Shown here in pieces: positions 32,700-34,845 of a stretch of DNA of 34,845 nucleotides. The DNA lies in contig NC_068992.1 in assembly GCF_001194135.2 (NCBI RefSeq), forward strand, positions 44,133,015 through 44,167,859, read 5' to 3'. The translations under genes were made by a program, and so were the position numbers. Under the pieces are notes generated by a model, which saw only the letters and a program-made list of their open reading frames with translations, ran no database searches and was not told the origin of the DNA. Every line of letters begins with the position of its first letter. Position 1 is the first letter of the stretch. The DNA is from Octopus bimaculoides (Eukaryota).

Positions 32700-33954
32700 T
32701 TATTTATTTATATATATGTATGTATGTATGCATGTATGTATATATATATTGGGGATTGGTGTTTAAGTTTTTTTTTTTATGGTTGATAATTATTTCAAAA
32801 ACTCCACGGTGATTATCCCTGCATAATGTCAACAGATATGTATTTTGTATTTAATTCATTTTCACCAACCAATCATAGTCTACGGCATATATCGATATGT
32901 ATTGTTTTTCAATGTAAATATATCGACATGAACGGTTCCAATGAAAGAATTCGAAGAGTTGCTATGTAATATAAATTACGTAGCATGCACAACTAGATCG
33001 CTATTAACATACATGTCCATAGACTTTATGCAAGAATAGTCACTGTGGAGTTATTGAAATAATTGCCAACCATGAAATAAAAATAACTCCAATCTTTACT
33101 TTTTATTACTCAAACACTACGACGGGAATGAAAGTGACGGATTTCCTGTTTGTTCGAAACATCAATTTCCAAGGGAGATTCTCCTTTGCAATTTTCAGAT
33201 AACTACCGTGCATATAAGTGCTTCCCGAGGTAAACATCTGGATTATCTTAACCCTAATAATCTACTCTGCGTGTGTGTGTGTGCGTGCACGCGGATGCGT
33301 GCGCGCGTGCATGCGTGTGGGTAGCTGTTAAATCGCACTGAAAGAGATGAAAAATAAAACGTTCCTAGTAATACTTCTTAACTGACAGCAAGTGTTGATC
33401 AAATCGACAACATTGCTATTTCAAATGTCTGTGTAGGAATCCCTTATCATTGTCCCGAACCAGTCAAGTCCTTTCTGGTCAGAGACCACCATGGATAATT
33501 TCCAGATGTCCTTGGCGTGGTAGTGCTATCGAGGGGCACTTCCAGTTCGAGATAAATTCTACTGGCATGGATGTGCTGTCAGACGGGCTTGTCCGAGGTG
33601 CTTGCGGAGCTACGAAACCGTTCTGCACGATCTCGTTCAGTGACCTGGCATTGCTGACTTGTGAAGTTATGTCGAATAGCTGCTGTCGCGTCTGGAATGG
33701 ATCTATCTGTTGGCCGAGTCTACAGTGAGGACTGCCCCCCCCCCAATTTCCTTTAACCGGGGAGGTAAGGCAGTTTTCCTTTGGTTGGTGGCGGTGGCGA
33801 AAGTGGTTTCTGATGGACGAGGCTGAAAAGCACGTGGACAGAGACTTTCTTTTTAAATAGAGCCTTCATCGATTTTTTCAAGTTTCAGATGAAAAGGGAA
33901 GTGAGGGCGGAGAGAGAGGTGCTATCCTCAAATGAATTTATTGAAAGGTGGGTG

Positions 33955-34095
33955 AAAGTTGCTGAGCGGCATTTCGTCCGTCGTTTTACATTCTGAGTTC
34001 AAATTTCCGCCGAGCACTGGGGTCACAATGTAATTGACTTATCCCCATCCTCGAAATTTCAAGCCTGGCGCCTAAGTAGTAAGGATTATTATTAT
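33955..34095 (+). mobile_element. SINE family 'A' copy with internal deletion
   Basis: CTGAGCGGCATTTCGTCC..TTCTGAGTTCAAATTTCCGCCGAG joined directly to CACTGGGGTC..TGTAATTGACTTA; ends with (ATT)n. Confidence 0.75.
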
Positions 34096-34099
34096 TATT

Positions 34100-34240
34100 T
34101 TAATGACGAAGACGGCAAGCTAGCAGAATCTTTACCTCGCCGAGCGAAATCCTCTGCAGAGGTCGACTTTGCCTTTCATCTTGATAAAATACCAGTTGTG
34201 TACTGGATCGATGTAATCTACTCGCCCCTCCCCCCAAATT
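34100..34240 (+). mobile_element. SINE family 'A' copy, partly deleted, tandem with previous
   Basis: GGCAAGCTAGCAGAATC head, GAGGTCGACTTTGCCTTTCATC, GATAAAATACCAGTTG.GTACTGG..TCGATGTAATC, CCCCTCCCCCCAAATTTCAGG. Confidence 0.7.
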
Positions 34241-34642
34241 TCAGGAGCAGACACGTGGGACGGCGAGTCACTGAAGAGGTCACAGGATATGTGATGAATG
34301 ATGTCCAAACAAAGGACATAAAATAAGAACAATAACAAATCTGAAGTGAAAAACGAATATATAGAGCGTGTGTTTATTTATTATTATTATTATTTTTAAA
34401 GACCGTCCCGAAATCTAACATTTATTTCATTATACGATTTCACATTAAGAATCTAGCAATACAAATACACAAGCGTAACAAAGAGATAATATATTTTGCA
34501 TAAAAGACCTGTAATATGGTATTGTATAATTCATATACAGAGTTAAACTTTACATTTAATCGCTTTTCGCCACCCCTATATTGAAATTATGCATCAGAAT
34601 AGAAATAACATCTTAACATCGTATTTCTGCGGTCATATTTCT

Positions 34643-34674
34643 TTCTTCTTCTTCTTCTTCTTCTACTACTACTT

Positions 34675-34728
<54 letters not shown>
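34643..34728. repeat. (CTT)n-(CTA)n microsatellite
   Basis: Seen directly; explains the poly-Ser/Arg ORF 34587..34844. Confidence 0.95.
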
Positions 34729-34845
34729 GTCACCATTATCACACTAATCACTACCACAACTGTTACAGCTGAGATTACCTCAACGAGAGGCAACACCGCA
34801 ACAATCACCCTTCCCGCCAGCGCAACAACTATCACCACCACCACC

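Noticed and set aside
33110-33165. CTACGA...GGGAAT/ATTTCC...CGAAAC as a hammerhead
   Set aside because: Core lacks a G, and the stem is out of register with GAAAC.
3141-34844. Poly-I, poly-HT/VC, YLSI and poly-S/R ORFs
   Set aside because: Translations of (ATA)n, (CA)n, (TCTA)n and (CTA)n microsatellites.

Overview
AT-rich, microsatellite- and transposon-dense animal genomic DNA from a gapped short-read assembly (6 N-gaps). The repeat families look like those of octopod cephalopods (inference from recalled repeat consensuses, not a database hit). The only host gene I can support is a six-coding-exon KLHL10-like gene (BTB-BACK-6xKelch) on the + strand: 681-1647, 5301-5448, 6413-6582, 9487-9758, 11277-11368, 13656-13758. 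This is 1752 nt = 583 aa + stop, all introns are GT-AG and all phases are compatible; the last two exons are missing from the ORF track. The rest is decayed mobile DNA: a near full-length DD37D (maT-type) Tc1/mariner in intron 3, two more mariner fragments, four R4/Dong-like RLE non-LTR fragments (two nested around a (TAA)n tract), Penelope-like GIY-YIG fragments, many tRNA-derived SINE copies and a possible Helitron 3' end. The most interesting signal is a set of minimal type-I hammerhead-ribozyme-like folds in four unrelated repeat copies. One is near canonical (25158-25202, minus), one has a core variant (28376-28412, plus), one is decayed and lies directly behind a Penelope endonuclease remnant (22565-22607, minus), and one is weak (15206-15263, plus). 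A 535-bp unit bounded by 58-bp direct repeats in intron 5 remains unexplained. Most other ORF-track entries are microsatellite or N-run artefacts.
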